Shown here piece by piece: positions 50,853 through 61,000 of a DNA stretch of 64,000 bases (the first letter of the stretch is position 1; the number at the start of each line of letters is the position of its first letter). This stretch comes from a candidate division WOR-3 bacterium. Its GTDB lineage: Bacteria > Hydrothermota > Tepidihabitantia > Tepidihabitantales > Tepidihabitantaceae. The stretch is taken from contig CBFGKH010000003.1 in NCBI GenBank assembly GCA_965649295.1, positions 190,615 through 254,614 on the forward strand, given 5' to 3'. The notes under the pieces were generated by a model. The model was given only the letters and a program-made list of their open reading frames with translations, was not told the DNA's origin and made no database searches. A program made the position numbers and the translations under genes.

Positions 50853-53800
50853 CTACCGCTCGATAACGAGCTTTCGGCTAAGCCGAACATCGCCGAACTC
50901 GAACACCGCAAAATAAACCCCGGCGGCAACCGCCTGGCGGTCACGGCCACGACCGTCCCAGCTAACGTGATGCCGGCCGCTCAGTCTTGGCCCATCAACC
51001 AGGCTCGTAACCAGTCGGCCAGCAGCGTCGTGGATACGAACCCGGACATTGGCCGGACTGGGCAGGTTGTAGCTGAGGACAATGCCGGCCCGGGTTGGGT
51101 TCGGTCGCACAGTAAGCCAGGGCTGCGTCAGGTCCTCGGCCGAACCAGCCTGCACCCCTTCCCGCTCCGGCCGACCGCTGAACCGGAATCCACTCGCCGT
51201 GTCACCAGCCGGCTTGTACTCCCAGAACTCATAGCCATAGCTGCCTTTGAGACAGAAGAGCGTTGTCTCAGCCGCAGCTAGGGCAGCGCCGCGCTTCACC
51301 TTCACCCGCGGCCCAGTCGGCGAATACGGAATATCGGTACGCCGGAACCAGGAGTCACCGGCAAAGTCGTAGCGCCAGAACTCGAGGGTGTTGCCGCCCT
51401 TGAGCGCATAGAGATAGCCGTTGTGGTAGGCCATCGCGCCACCGGCCTTCACCCGGCGGTTGGTCGGCCCAATCAGGGTTGTCTGGTCCAGTGACTCTGA
51501 CCAGACATTGAGCCGCAGGTCGAGACCATAGAACTCAGTTGTGTTCGAGCCTTTCATCACATAGAGAATCGAGTCACCATCATAGGCCAGGTCACCAGCC
51601 ACCCGCACGGTACGACGCCGCAGCGGGTCCGACGGAATATCAAGCACACCCGAGCCACCCACAATCGTATTCCACGAATCCCGCTGAATATCATAGCGCC
51701 AGAGATAGTTCGTACCGTTGCCCGGCATTAGATAGACCGAGCCTTGCGGCCCAGCCCCGAATGGGCCAGGCGAGACATAGGCCAGGGCTGCCCCCCGCTT
51801 GGGTGGGAAATAAGGCCGACCATCGTTGATTATTGGCTGCCTGATTTCTGGCGACGTGTGCCAAGTGCGGGTAGCGATATCGTAGTAGTAGAAGTCGGTT
51901 CGGCCTCCAGCCTTGATCGCCCAGATTCGGCCCCGGTCACCATCATAGGCCAGGTCACAGCCATCCTTGGCCCGGAATCCCGAAGGTAGCATCGGCATTG
52001 GCGGCAGAGTATCCCACTGACCGGTCGTAACGTCAAACCGCCAGAACTCGTTGGTATTCGAACCCTTCAACGCATAGACTGCTGCTTCATTCGGGACATA
52101 AACGAGCGATCCGCTCTTGACCTTCTTCCGATTCAGTCCTGGCGGAATGTTCTCCCGATTGGCCCATGACGAAATCCGAATCGTTGCGCTGACCACATCG
52201 TTGGTGCTGTCCACGTCGTTGGCAACATAGACCGAACAGACTGCGGTGAACGTCCCGATATCAGCCGGCCACGGCCGGGTCACAAAGGAGACAAGCGTAC
52301 TCTCACCTGGCCCCAGTCCGGGAATGACCGTATCTGCCGCATAGGCGGTACCGATGCGCAAAAACACTCGGATTGGGTTCCGAGTCGTGCCGTAGTTCTG
52401 CACCATCACCTTGGGGATAATCGTCCCGGGGAAGGAGTAGCCGCTTGGCTCAACAATCCGCCTTGCCGCTGCATCGGTCACGAGCTGATAGAAGAGAATC
52501 GCCCGGCCAGAATCAAGCCGGTTTCCCGGATCGTTGGTGGCGGCTGACATTGGCGGCATCGCGTAGAGATAATTCAACCCGTCGGTCCCGCCGCTATTCT
52601 CCAGACCAATTGACGCGCAACGGCCCCGGTTGTAGCGCAAGTCACCACAGTCAACATCAAGGTACTGGAACTTGAACAAGCCGTTCTCGGTAATCACCAC
52701 CTCAAACGAGATGGGGTTGGTCGTGTCCTGCGAACGCTCCCGGATCATGTCCTTCCAGAGGATGACACAGTAACGATTGGGCGCAACTCCGCCGTACCCA
52801 TACCAGACCTTGCCGCGACTGAAATCAGGCCTGCCTCCCAAGTCATCCCAATAGACGTAAAGCGAACGATTGGGCAGCACCGAATTGGGCAGTGGCCGCG
52901 GCAGCGAGTCATCGGTTCCGCCCGGGTTGCTCACGCCCACTCCCATCCAACCATTAGCTGAGACGTAAACATAGTTGTAGAGCGAATCGTAATACGGAAA
53001 ATCAAACCCGGTCGGGATATTGATCCGCCCCTGCCTGCCGAGCGCAATCGAACCACTCATCCGGGTCGTATCGAACCACTCGAAGGTCGGGCCACCGGCC
53101 GTGTCCGAATCAATCCAGGCATAACCCAAGGCGCTGGTGCCGGTGTGCTGGCCGCGAATGATATCGCAGGCATAGCGCTTGTCGTCGTTCTCCGGAATCG
53201 AGTCCTGCGGTGCTCCCAAGTGCCAGCTCCAGAGCCGAACACTGCACCGACCGGCCACATCCAGTACCCGGCCCGGAAAGACGATTACCGTATCCTGACC
53301 CGGCCGAAGCGAGTCAATCACTACGAGTTGTGAATAGACCATCACTGCACCGGTCGGGTCAACAATGTCGCACTGGGCAGCAACGCTATAGACCGTGGTC
53401 GTGCCAAAGTTCTCAAATCGGCCCCGCGGCACAATCGGCCGGTCGAACGGCCGCTGAATAAAGTCATACTCCGGTGCCAGCAGGGCGATCGTCCGCACGT
53501 CGAAAAGCGGCGGCACCACCGGCTCCAGATTCATCACTGCCCGCAGCATGTAATCGCCATTGGCTGCATCCGGCACAAACGTTCCATTCCGATACTGCCA
53601 GTAGGCAGCACCCGGACTTCGGCCGGCATCGCGGCCGATTGCCGGCGACTCCGGCGGCTCACCCACCTGCAAATAGAATAGATAGAAACTGCCCGAACCT
53701 GCCTGCCGAACGATCTTCTCACCTGAATCGGCCATGAAAACCGACTGCCAGCCAGTTGAACCCGGCGGAGCATACTGAACCGGCGAAATGTACAGCATCT

Positions 53801-54908
53801 CACCGGGCCGGCCCGTTCCGTCGTCCTCGAAAATGGCAAGCTGATAGCCGCAATGGGCCGGATTAGCCGGCGCCTGGAGATAGACACTGAGCGACTCGAA
53901 ATAGACCGGGAAGGTGTCAGGATCAAACTTCACGCCCCAGCCGTAGTGACCAACCGGCCACGACTCAAAACTGGCTGCAGTACCGTCGTCATAACGCAGC
54001 GTACGCGTGTTCGTCACCCGAAAGTTTCGCGTCAGGGTATCATTTGTCGTCACGAAATTCGACTCTGCCCAACACCAGACCTTGAAGAAGTAATCGCCGA
54101 TAGTCACCGGGAAAGGAGGTTCGAAGACCGTCTCCCGCTCAGCCGCGCCCGCCGCGAGATTGTAGATAGTATCTTCCCAGTAGGCGAGGCCGTTCATCGC
54201 ATCGTCATACAGGCTGCAGGCGGCGAAGACAGTGTCATAATCGTTAAGTCCGAGATTGCGGAATCTGACAACCGGAGTTAGCTGACCCGGCAGCATTGAG
54301 CTCGGCGGCGCGATGATGCCGGTGCAGGCCACGTCCCAACGCACAATCGAATCGGCAACGACCTCGACATTATCAACAAACCAGCAGTTGATGTAGGCCA
54401 GATTGCCGTCAAACACCCAGGCCACAACGACACTCTCGCGGTTGGTTGCTGCCGGCATTGGCAACGACTCCCTCACCGCCTGATTGACGCTGCTTAGGTA
54501 GTAGTCATGCAGGACATAGGGAAAAGTCTGACCGCCGTCAATTGAATAGACCAGCCGGGCCACGTATGGGTTCGATGACCAGCGCCAGAAATAGGTGCTA
54601 CAGATCAAGGCCACATTCTCCATACCCCGACAGTCAATCATCGGCGAGATTAGCGAATCTGGTGGCGGGTCGGCCAGGGCCGTGAAACTTATCGCCGCGA
54701 AGGGTGTCGGATGACCTCCCCAGGGCGCGCGAGCGCTGTCACGGTGCCAGTCATCGAACCGCGACTGGCCCGAGTCAGCCGGATAGATTCGCCAGCCTGC
54801 TGGCGGCGCGTTGGGTGACCATCCTGGTGCATCAAATGTTTCGGTGAAAAGACTGACGCCCAGACCGATGCTGGTCAGCAGGGCAACTCCAAGTAGCAAA
54901 CGACGCAT
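50853..54908 (-). CDS. Large secreted protein: adhesin-like, CARDB-like and nidogen-like domains + Kelch-like propeller + FlgD-like CTD
   Basis: AGGAG SD, signal peptide, VSANGW and WDDL motifs, ALKGSNTNEFW repeats, WDGRGRDRQAVAAGVYF. Confidence 0.88.
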   Translation of the reverse strand: MRRLLLGVALLTSIGLGVSLFTETFDAPGWSPNAPPAGWRIYPADSGQSRFDDWHRDSARAPWGGHPTPFAAISFTALADPPPDSLISPMIDCRGMENVALICSTYFWRWSSNPYVARLVYSIDGGQTFPYVLHDYYLSSVNQAVRESLPMPAATNRESVVVAWVFDGNLAYINCWFVDNVEVVADSIVRWDVACTGIIAPPSSMLPGQLTPVVRFRNLGLNDYDTVFAACSLYDDAMNGLAYWEDTIYNLAAGAAERETVFEPPFPVTIGDYFFKVWCWAESNFVTTNDTLTRNFRVTNTRTLRYDDGTAASFESWPVGHYGWGVKFDPDTFPVYFESLSVYLQAPANPAHCGYQLAIFEDDGTGRPGEMLYISPVQYAPPGSTGWQSVFMADSGEKIVRQAGSGSFYLFYLQVGEPPESPAIGRDAGRSPGAAYWQYRNGTFVPDAANGDYMLRAVMNLEPVVPPLFDVRTIALLAPEYDFIQRPFDRPIVPRGRFENFGTTTVYSVAAQCDIVDPTGAVMVYSQLVVIDSLRPGQDTVIVFPGRVLDVAGRCSVRLWSWHLGAPQDSIPENDDKRYACDIIRGQHTGTSALGYAWIDSDTAGGPTFEWFDTTRMSGSIALGRQGRINIPTGFDFPYYDSLYNYVYVSANGWMGVGVSNPGGTDDSLPRPLPNSVLPNRSLYVYWDDLGGRPDFSRGKVWYGYGGVAPNRYCVILWKDMIRERSQDTTNPISFEVVITENGLFKFQYLDVDCGDLRYNRGRCASIGLENSGGTDGLNYLYAMPPMSAATNDPGNRLDSGRAILFYQLVTDAAARRIVEPSGYSFPGTIIPKVMVQNYGTTRNPIRVFLRIGTAYAADTVIPGLGPGESTLVSFVTRPWPADIGTFTAVCSVYVANDVDSTNDVVSATIRISSWANRENIPPGLNRKKVKSGSLVYVPNEAAVYALKGSNTNEFWRFDVTTGQWDTLPPMPMLPSGFRAKDGCDLAYDGDRGRIWAIKAGGRTDFYYYDIATRTWHTSPEIRQPIINDGRPYFPPKRGAALAYVSPGPFGAGPQGSVYLMPGNGTNYLWRYDIQRDSWNTIVGGSGVLDIPSDPLRRRTVRVAGDLAYDGDSILYVMKGSNTTEFYGLDLRLNVWSESLDQTTLIGPTNRRVKAGGAMAYHNGYLYALKGGNTLEFWRYDFAGDSWFRRTDIPYSPTGPRVKVKRGAALAAAETTLFCLKGSYGYEFWEYKPAGDTASGFRFSGRPEREGVQAGSAEDLTQPWLTVRPNPTRAGIVLSYNLPSPANVRVRIHDAAGRLVTSLVDGPRLSGRHHVSWDGRGRDRQAVAAGVYFAVFEFGDVRLSRKLVIER

Positions 54909-55133
54909 CTTCTCCTCCTACGAGGGCAAGTTTCAGACCGATGCGGCCAGTGGCGAAAGAAACCACCGTCTCCTTCGCCGCGCCCGAGCCGGACAACAAA
55001 CGCATCCGCGGGCATCGTATTGATTATAGAATGCCGGTCACGGCTGTCAAACTAGCTGCTCTGGCAGCAAAGTCTTGACACTAGCTTCACTTGTCCGATA
55101 ATTGCCGCGCCGCTAACGGCGAAAGGAAAGAAC

Positions 55134-55502
55134 ATGAAATACCTGTCCGTGCTTGCCCTAGCACTACTCATCGCTGCCTGTGGCGGCCAAAAGACCGAGC
55201 CGGCCAAAGCACCGGCAACCGACTCAACTGCGGTAGCCGCTGACGTCTCCTATAGCAAGGAGATTCAGCCCATCTTTGCCAATAGCTGCATGCCTTGCCA
55301 CTCTGGCGCTACCGATGCCAAGTCGAAATACGACCTCTCGAAATACGAAGGGGTGATGGCCAAGGTCGTGGCTGGCAAAGCCGACTCCAGCCTCTTGTAT
55401 GTCATCCTCAAAGACGGCAAGATGCCGCCATCTGGCCCGCTGCCTGCTGCCACAGTCGAACTAGTCAAGAAATGGATTGACCAGGGCGCCAAGAATAACT
55501 AG
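55134..55502 (+). CDS. Monoheme c-type cytochrome lipoprotein (Planctomycete cytochrome c-like)
   Basis: IAAC lipobox, CMPCH, distal KMPP, WIDQGA. Confidence 0.88.
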   Translation: MKYLSVLALALLIAACGGQKTEPAKAPATDSTAVAADVSYSKEIQPIFANSCMPCHSGATDAKSKYDLSKYEGVMAKVVAGKADSSLLYVILKDGKMPPSGPLPAATVELVKKWIDQGAKNN

Positions 55503-55516
55503 CGTTCCCCATCGTA

Positions 55517-55550
55517 GTAACGCCGGCCGCTCGAAAACGGCCGGCGTTAC
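55517..55550. terminator. Hairpin, probable terminator
   Basis: gtaacgccggccg...cggccggcgttac, a 13-bp stem. Confidence 0.65.
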
Positions 55551-55613
55551 CTTGACTCCACTGTCAGCCGCCCAATAATAGTTCGGTCCTGATAAGTACA
55601 AAGGAGCCAACCC

Positions 55614-55970
55614 ATGCGCTTAGTCCTTTCCGTCCTGCTGCTAGTCGGTTGCAGCACCCAGCCTGACGCAATCCCTGACAGTCCCTCATTCTCAGGTCAT
55701 GTGCTGCCAATACTCACCGGCAAGTGCGCCAGCTGCCACGCTGGTACATCGGCCAGTGGCAACTACGACCTGACCAGTTACACCGGAACCATCTCGTCGG
55801 GTTCTGACTCAATCGCCAATGTCATCGCTGGCCAGGCTGATTCGAGCGTCCTCTACCGCCGTATCACTGGCGCTGACCAACCCCAGATGCCAATCGGCGC
55901 CCCGCCGCTCGACACTATCGCGACCGGCACCATCAGAAACTGGATAAACCGCGGTGCCCAGAACAACTAG
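55614..55970 (+). CDS. Monoheme c-type cytochrome lipoprotein, paralog
   Basis: LVGC lipobox, CASCH, QMP, WINRGAQNN. Confidence 0.88.
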   Translation: MRLVLSVLLLVGCSTQPDAIPDSPSFSGHVLPILTGKCASCHAGTSASGNYDLTSYTGTISSGSDSIANVIAGQADSSVLYRRITGADQPQMPIGAPPLDTIATGTIRNWINRGAQNN

Positions 55971-55979
55971 GAGCATGCT

Positions 55980-56795
55980 GTGTCTCGAACATTACTCACA
56001 CTTCTGCTGATTGTCGGCACGCTCCTTGCGAACGCTGCCAATCCGCCAAACGGCAAGACCGGCCGACCGACCGAAGGCACTTGCGCTGACTGCCATTCTG
56101 GGCCTGCCGGCAGCGCCGATTCGACCGAACTCGCCGGCTTCCCAACCGGCGGCTACGTGCCCGATTCGTTCTATCTCCTTACACTGTCGGTCCGCTATGC
56201 CGGCCAGACACGTTGGGGCTTCGCGCTAACAGCAGTGAACGCGGCCAACACCCGCGCTGGCCAACTGGTTGTGACCGACTCGGTCAACACCCAGTACTCA
56301 AGTATCGAACCCGGCTACCTCAAACAAACCAGTACCGGCACACGCCGTGGCCAGAACGGCCCCATAACCTGGACATTCGGCTGGCGTGCGCCGGCGGCTG
56401 GCACCGGCCCAGTCAAGTTCTACTGGTGCGCCAATGCCGCCAATAACAACTCCTCGACCAGCGGCGATGCCATCTGTCGTGACAGTTTGACAATCGCCGA
56501 GTGGAGCGCAATCGAGGAGCCGGCACCAGCAGCAAGGCGAGTTGTCTGGCAGCTACGCAACCCAGCCCGGGACCGCGTCACTATCAGCTACGACGGCGAC
56601 GCCACGAGACCGGTCGAGGTTTACTCTGCTGCTGGTCGCCTGCTGCGGCGACTCCAACCGGTAGCTAGCCACGGGACATTGCTGGTCACTTGGGATGGTC
56701 GCGACCAACGCGGACGCCTGGTGCCTGCGGGCAACTACTTTGTCCGCCTCGGTAATGGCATCAATCGCCTGCTCAAGGTTCAAATTGCCCGTTAG
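55980..56795 (+). CDS. Reeler/choice-of-anchor-V-like protein with CxxCH and FlgD-like CTD
   Basis: TGRPTEGTCADCHSG, WTFGWRAP, NAANNN, WDGRDQRGRLVPAGNYF. Confidence 0.75.
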   Translation: MSRTLLTLLLIVGTLLANAANPPNGKTGRPTEGTCADCHSGPAGSADSTELAGFPTGGYVPDSFYLLTLSVRYAGQTRWGFALTAVNAANTRAGQLVVTDSVNTQYSSIEPGYLKQTSTGTRRGQNGPITWTFGWRAPAAGTGPVKFYWCANAANNNSSTSGDAICRDSLTIAEWSAIEEPAPAARRVVWQLRNPARDRVTISYDGDATRPVEVYSAAGRLLRRLQPVASHGTLLVTWDGRDQRGRLVPAGNYFVRLGNGINRLLKVQIAR

Positions 56796-56816
56796 GACAA
56801 AACCAAGGAGTCAATC

Positions 56817-57548
56817 GTGCCCCTTCTCTTGGTCTTCTTAGCAGCATTTCCCGGCGAACGTATTGCCAATCTGCCAACCGGTCAACTTCCCGAACCTGGT
56901 CTCTGGCAGATAAACATCTCCCATCGGTTTCTGCCGTCAGTCACTGCTCAAGGCTGGGGTGAGGATATCCTCCAATTCCTCAACGGCGCCGATGTCCGCG
57001 ATGTCATTGACAGGTCTTTGACCGAGCGTTTGACAATCGGCGCATCGCTTACCGTCGCGACTCGCGAGCTCGGACTGCACGCAGCTTGGGCTCCGCTTGA
57101 CTGGCTCACATTCTACCCCGAAGTCAGTGCCGATATCCGCCAGTTCGCCATCGAACGCACCTGGGCCAACATCGGCATTGCCGTTCATCGTCCATTCTCG
57201 GGCCGGCTAGCGCTGGTCGGCCAGCCCCGCCTGACAACCAACACCAAGCAGTTCTACGGGTCACTCGGCCTCGGGCTGAAGGCCGCGGTCCTGCCATCGT
57301 GGTGGCTTGGCATTGAGACCGAACCGGTCCTTGTCGGCCGCGACACCACAACAACCCTCGTTCCCTGGACATTGACGATCGACCGCCAGCAAGGTTGGCA
57401 CAACTTTGTGTTGACCCTTGGTTCATCACTGCGTCAGTCTGCACCAGGCTGGTTTCGCACCTATCGCCATGCCGACGCCTACGACGATATCGTTGATGTT
57501 ACCAAAGGCCACTTCCGCGTCGGTTTCAACATCCTCCGTAAGCTCTAA
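56817..57548 (+). CDS. Outer membrane beta-barrel (DUF5777-like)
   Basis: ISHRF, GWHNFVLTL, C-terminal GFNILRKL. Confidence 0.7.
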   Translation: MPLLLVFLAAFPGERIANLPTGQLPEPGLWQINISHRFLPSVTAQGWGEDILQFLNGADVRDVIDRSLTERLTIGASLTVATRELGLHAAWAPLDWLTFYPEVSADIRQFAIERTWANIGIAVHRPFSGRLALVGQPRLTTNTKQFYGSLGLGLKAAVLPSWWLGIETEPVLVGRDTTTTLVPWTLTIDRQQGWHNFVLTLGSSLRQSAPGWFRTYRHADAYDDIVDVTKGHFRVGFNILRKL

Positions 57549-57560
57549 AAAGGAGAAATC

Positions 57561-57983
57561 ATGCAACTCACTGCTGATATCCGTTGGGCCGGCCGAATGA
57601 CCTTCATCGGCAAGGCCGGTTCGAACCATCTTGTTCCGATGGACACTACCGCCGACTTTGAAGGCGACTCGTCCGCGACCAAACCTCTCGAGCTGGTGTT
57701 GATTGCCTTGGGTGGTTGCACCGGCATGGACGTTGTGCCGCTGCTCAAGAAGATGCGCCAATATGTTACTGGCGTCACCTTGAACATCACTGCGGAAAGG
57801 AGCGAGGAACACCCACGCGTCTTCACGAGCATTGCCATTGAATACGTCGTGACCGGCCGCGGCATTGAGGAAGAAAAGGTCAAACGAGCGGTTGAACTAT
57901 CCCAGGAGAAATACTGCTCAGTTTCGGCCATGCTGAAAAAGGCCTGCCCGATTAGCTATCGCTGGCGGATCGTCGAAGCCTAG
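57561..57983 (+). CDS. OsmC family protein (YhfA-like)
   Basis: LGGCTGMDV, KYCSVSAML. Confidence 0.9.
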   Translation: MQLTADIRWAGRMTFIGKAGSNHLVPMDTTADFEGDSSATKPLELVLIALGGCTGMDVVPLLKKMRQYVTGVTLNITAERSEEHPRVFTSIAIEYVVTGRGIEEEKVKRAVELSQEKYCSVSAMLKKACPISYRWRIVEA

Positions 57984-57995
57984 TTCTGACAGACG

Positions 57996-58025
57996 ACCGG
58001 CGGCGAGCAGATGCTCGCCGCCGGT
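57996..58025. terminator. Terminator hairpin between convergent genes
   Basis: accggcggcgagca-ga-tgctcgccgccggt followed by attgttttc. Confidence 0.75.
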
Positions 58026-58042
58026 ATTGTTTTCGCTTCTCG

Positions 58043-61000
58043 CTACCGCTCCACGACCAGCTTGGCAACCGCGGTAGAGCGAACGTTCTCGATGGTCACA
58101 AGATAGACACCAACCGCAAGTTGAGGCAGGTCAACCGCAACCATACCAGTCCTAAAGTGCCCGAGCGACATCCCCAAGACGCGCCGACCAAGAGCATCAT
58201 GGACAACAAGCTGAGTCGAGGGACCAAGCAACCCGGCAGTCAGGTAGAGGGTACCGGACTTAAACGGATTGGGGAAGATGCTGAACGCTGGCTCGTCATT
58301 CTCGAATCGGCCCGCCTGCACCCCTTCCTGGCTGACCGCCGGCTGATACCCGAAAGCCGCTCCTGGTACATACATCCAGAACTGATTGGTCTTGTTTCCC
58401 TTCTGAGCAAAGAAGGCAGCGCTGTCCGAATGATAGGCAACTCCGGCCCCAGCCTTCGGCTTCTTCTTGCGTGTGCCGCCGGCCATCGTCTGGGGCATTG
58501 ATTCATGTTCGACCCAGGTACCGGCCCCTGAATCAGGCAGGTAACGCCACCACTCCTGGGTGTTGTTACCCTTCAAGGCCCAGATGCTTGTTCCGTCCCA
58601 AGCCGCCGACGAACCGTCGCCGACCTTCTTGTTGCGTCGGCCAGTGACCGCACTGTTGAATGGTAGCGGCGTCAGGCCGACACTGTCCCAAGCCTGCGCC
58701 TGAACGTCATACCGGAACAGCGCGTTGAACCGACTCTGCATGACATAGATGTACCGAAAGCCATCGTAACAGAGCCAGGAGCCGGCATCGTACTTCGACT
58801 TGGTACTGTAGGGCAGATTCGGAACCGAGTAGTAGGTGTCACGCGCCACGTCGTAGCAGAAGAAGTCGAGCGTACCCGAGCCCTTGAGAAGATAGACGAA
58901 ACCAGAGTCACCACGGCTGACATAGACCATACTCCCACCACCCCGTGGTGCCTTGCCGCGCTGCTGCGACTGGTCCATCGCCAGCGGTATCGGCCGTAGC
59001 GCTTGCGACCAGGTCTGATTCGCAACATCGAACTTGTAAAGCTCGCGAGTGTTGTTGCCCTTCATCACAAAGACAAACCCACCACCCGCTGCCAGCGCCG
59101 CACCCTTGCCCACCGGCTTGGTGCCGACCGGTACGTCTGATAGCTTCCGCCAGACCGAATCAGCACCAACAAACTCGTAGAACTCGAGCGTCTTGTTTCC
59201 CCGCAGCTGGTAGATAGTCCGCGAGTCGGGCGAATACACCAGGCACCCCCCAGCACCAATCGGTGTTCCGGTTGCAGTATCAACCGCATGCCAGCCGCTC
59301 GGTTTCGGCGGACGGCTCGAATCCTCCTGAGTCACAAACTGCCACACTGCCGAAGCTGCTGTGCCACCCGGCCCGTTAGCCACCACCTGCCAGTAGTAAA
59401 CCTGACCGTGGTCGAGACCAGTGTACGCCACTGTCGTATCGGCGAGGCCGCCGGCCCACAAGCGGAGCGGAGGCATGATCGTATCAAGATAGACAGCGAA
59501 GTTCGCTGTCCCAGTTGCGCTGTGCCAGACGAGTGTGCCGGCAACCGGCAGTCCAGTCGCACCATTAGTCGGCAGTGCTAGTTCCGGTATGGCCGGAGCA
59601 GCAGCGACTGTTGTGAACGCCCAGACTGCCGACATGGTCTGACCACCTGCGTTCCTTGCCACCACTCGCCAGAAATACGTCCGGCTGTGCTGTAGTCCGC
59701 TGTAGCCGTAGCTCGTGCCTGCTTGATTAGGGCTGACAACCGCCACCGGTGGATTGACTGTGTCCAGATAGACATCGTAACCGGCCGCCCGCGCCGCCGC
59801 ATTCCAGACTAGCTGACCACTGACCGGCTGAGTGGTTGCCCCGTTACTCGGTGCCACCAGTACTGGCACCGCTGGCGCCTGAACAATCGTTACGAAGCTG
59901 TCTTGAGCGTAGGGCCCAACATTACCAAAGTCATCAGTTCCCCGTACCCGCCAGTAGTATCTTGTTCCGTAGTCTAGTGCAGCCGAATGCTGGTATTGCG
60001 AGACTATCGGTTCGGCATGGAACAGAAGATTGGCAAAGAGCCGGTCGGTCGCGACATCAATATCATAGCGTCCGATTGCGTCCTGACCTGACCTACCCAG
60101 CTTCGGTTTGGGTTCGCAGCCATCGCTCAGATCGGTCCAGTCGAAGACGACATCAACCGGTACTCCGGTACCATTTCCCGTCGGCGTCACCAGCACCGGT
60201 GCTGCCGGCGGGGTCCGGTCAAGGTCGAACTCCCAGACGCTTGACCAAGCACCGTAGGTGACGCCGCCATCAGCCGAAGCCCGCACCCGCCAGTAGTAGT
60301 GACCGTCAGCCAACGTCGCCGGCGCGTAGGTCAGCCCGGTCTGGCCGATGTCAATCGCACGGGGCGCTGCGAACCCGGCATCGGTGTCAACCTGAAGGTT
60401 GTAATAGTTTGCATCCGTGACCGCCTGCCAGGTAAATGTCGGCAACGTGTTCAAAAGAGCATTATGTGCCGGGGAGAGAAGCGTAGGAGTGCCGACCGAA
60501 AGCGTGGTGAATGCAAAGACTGTACTCCACGCGCCGGTATTGCCGGCATCATCAGTCGCCTGCACGCGCCAGTAGTAGGTTGTGCCGTATGCCAGCGTCG
60601 TCGGACAGACCAATGTCGTATTGGTCGTTGTCGTATTGACCACATAGGGCGAAGTCGGCGGATTATCAGTATCAACCTGCAAGCGATAGCTAATCGCATC
60701 CTTGCCCGAACCGCCGCCAAACGTGACTGCCGACCACTGAAACGTCGGTGTCCGCGATACGCCCGTCGCGCCGTTCGTCGGTAGCTGTAGGGTCGGCGCT
60801 GCTGGTGGCGTAGCATCGAGGCCGAACTGGGCTATCGCACTCCATGGGCCACTCAGATTGTTCACCCCCCGCACGCGCCAGTAGTAGTGGCCGTCCGGCA
60901 GGTCCTGACCTGGGACAACCTGTGACACAGTGAGCCCAGTTGCCGAATACTCAATCAAAGTGAATCCCGCATCATGGCTCACCTGAATCTCGTAACTGGT

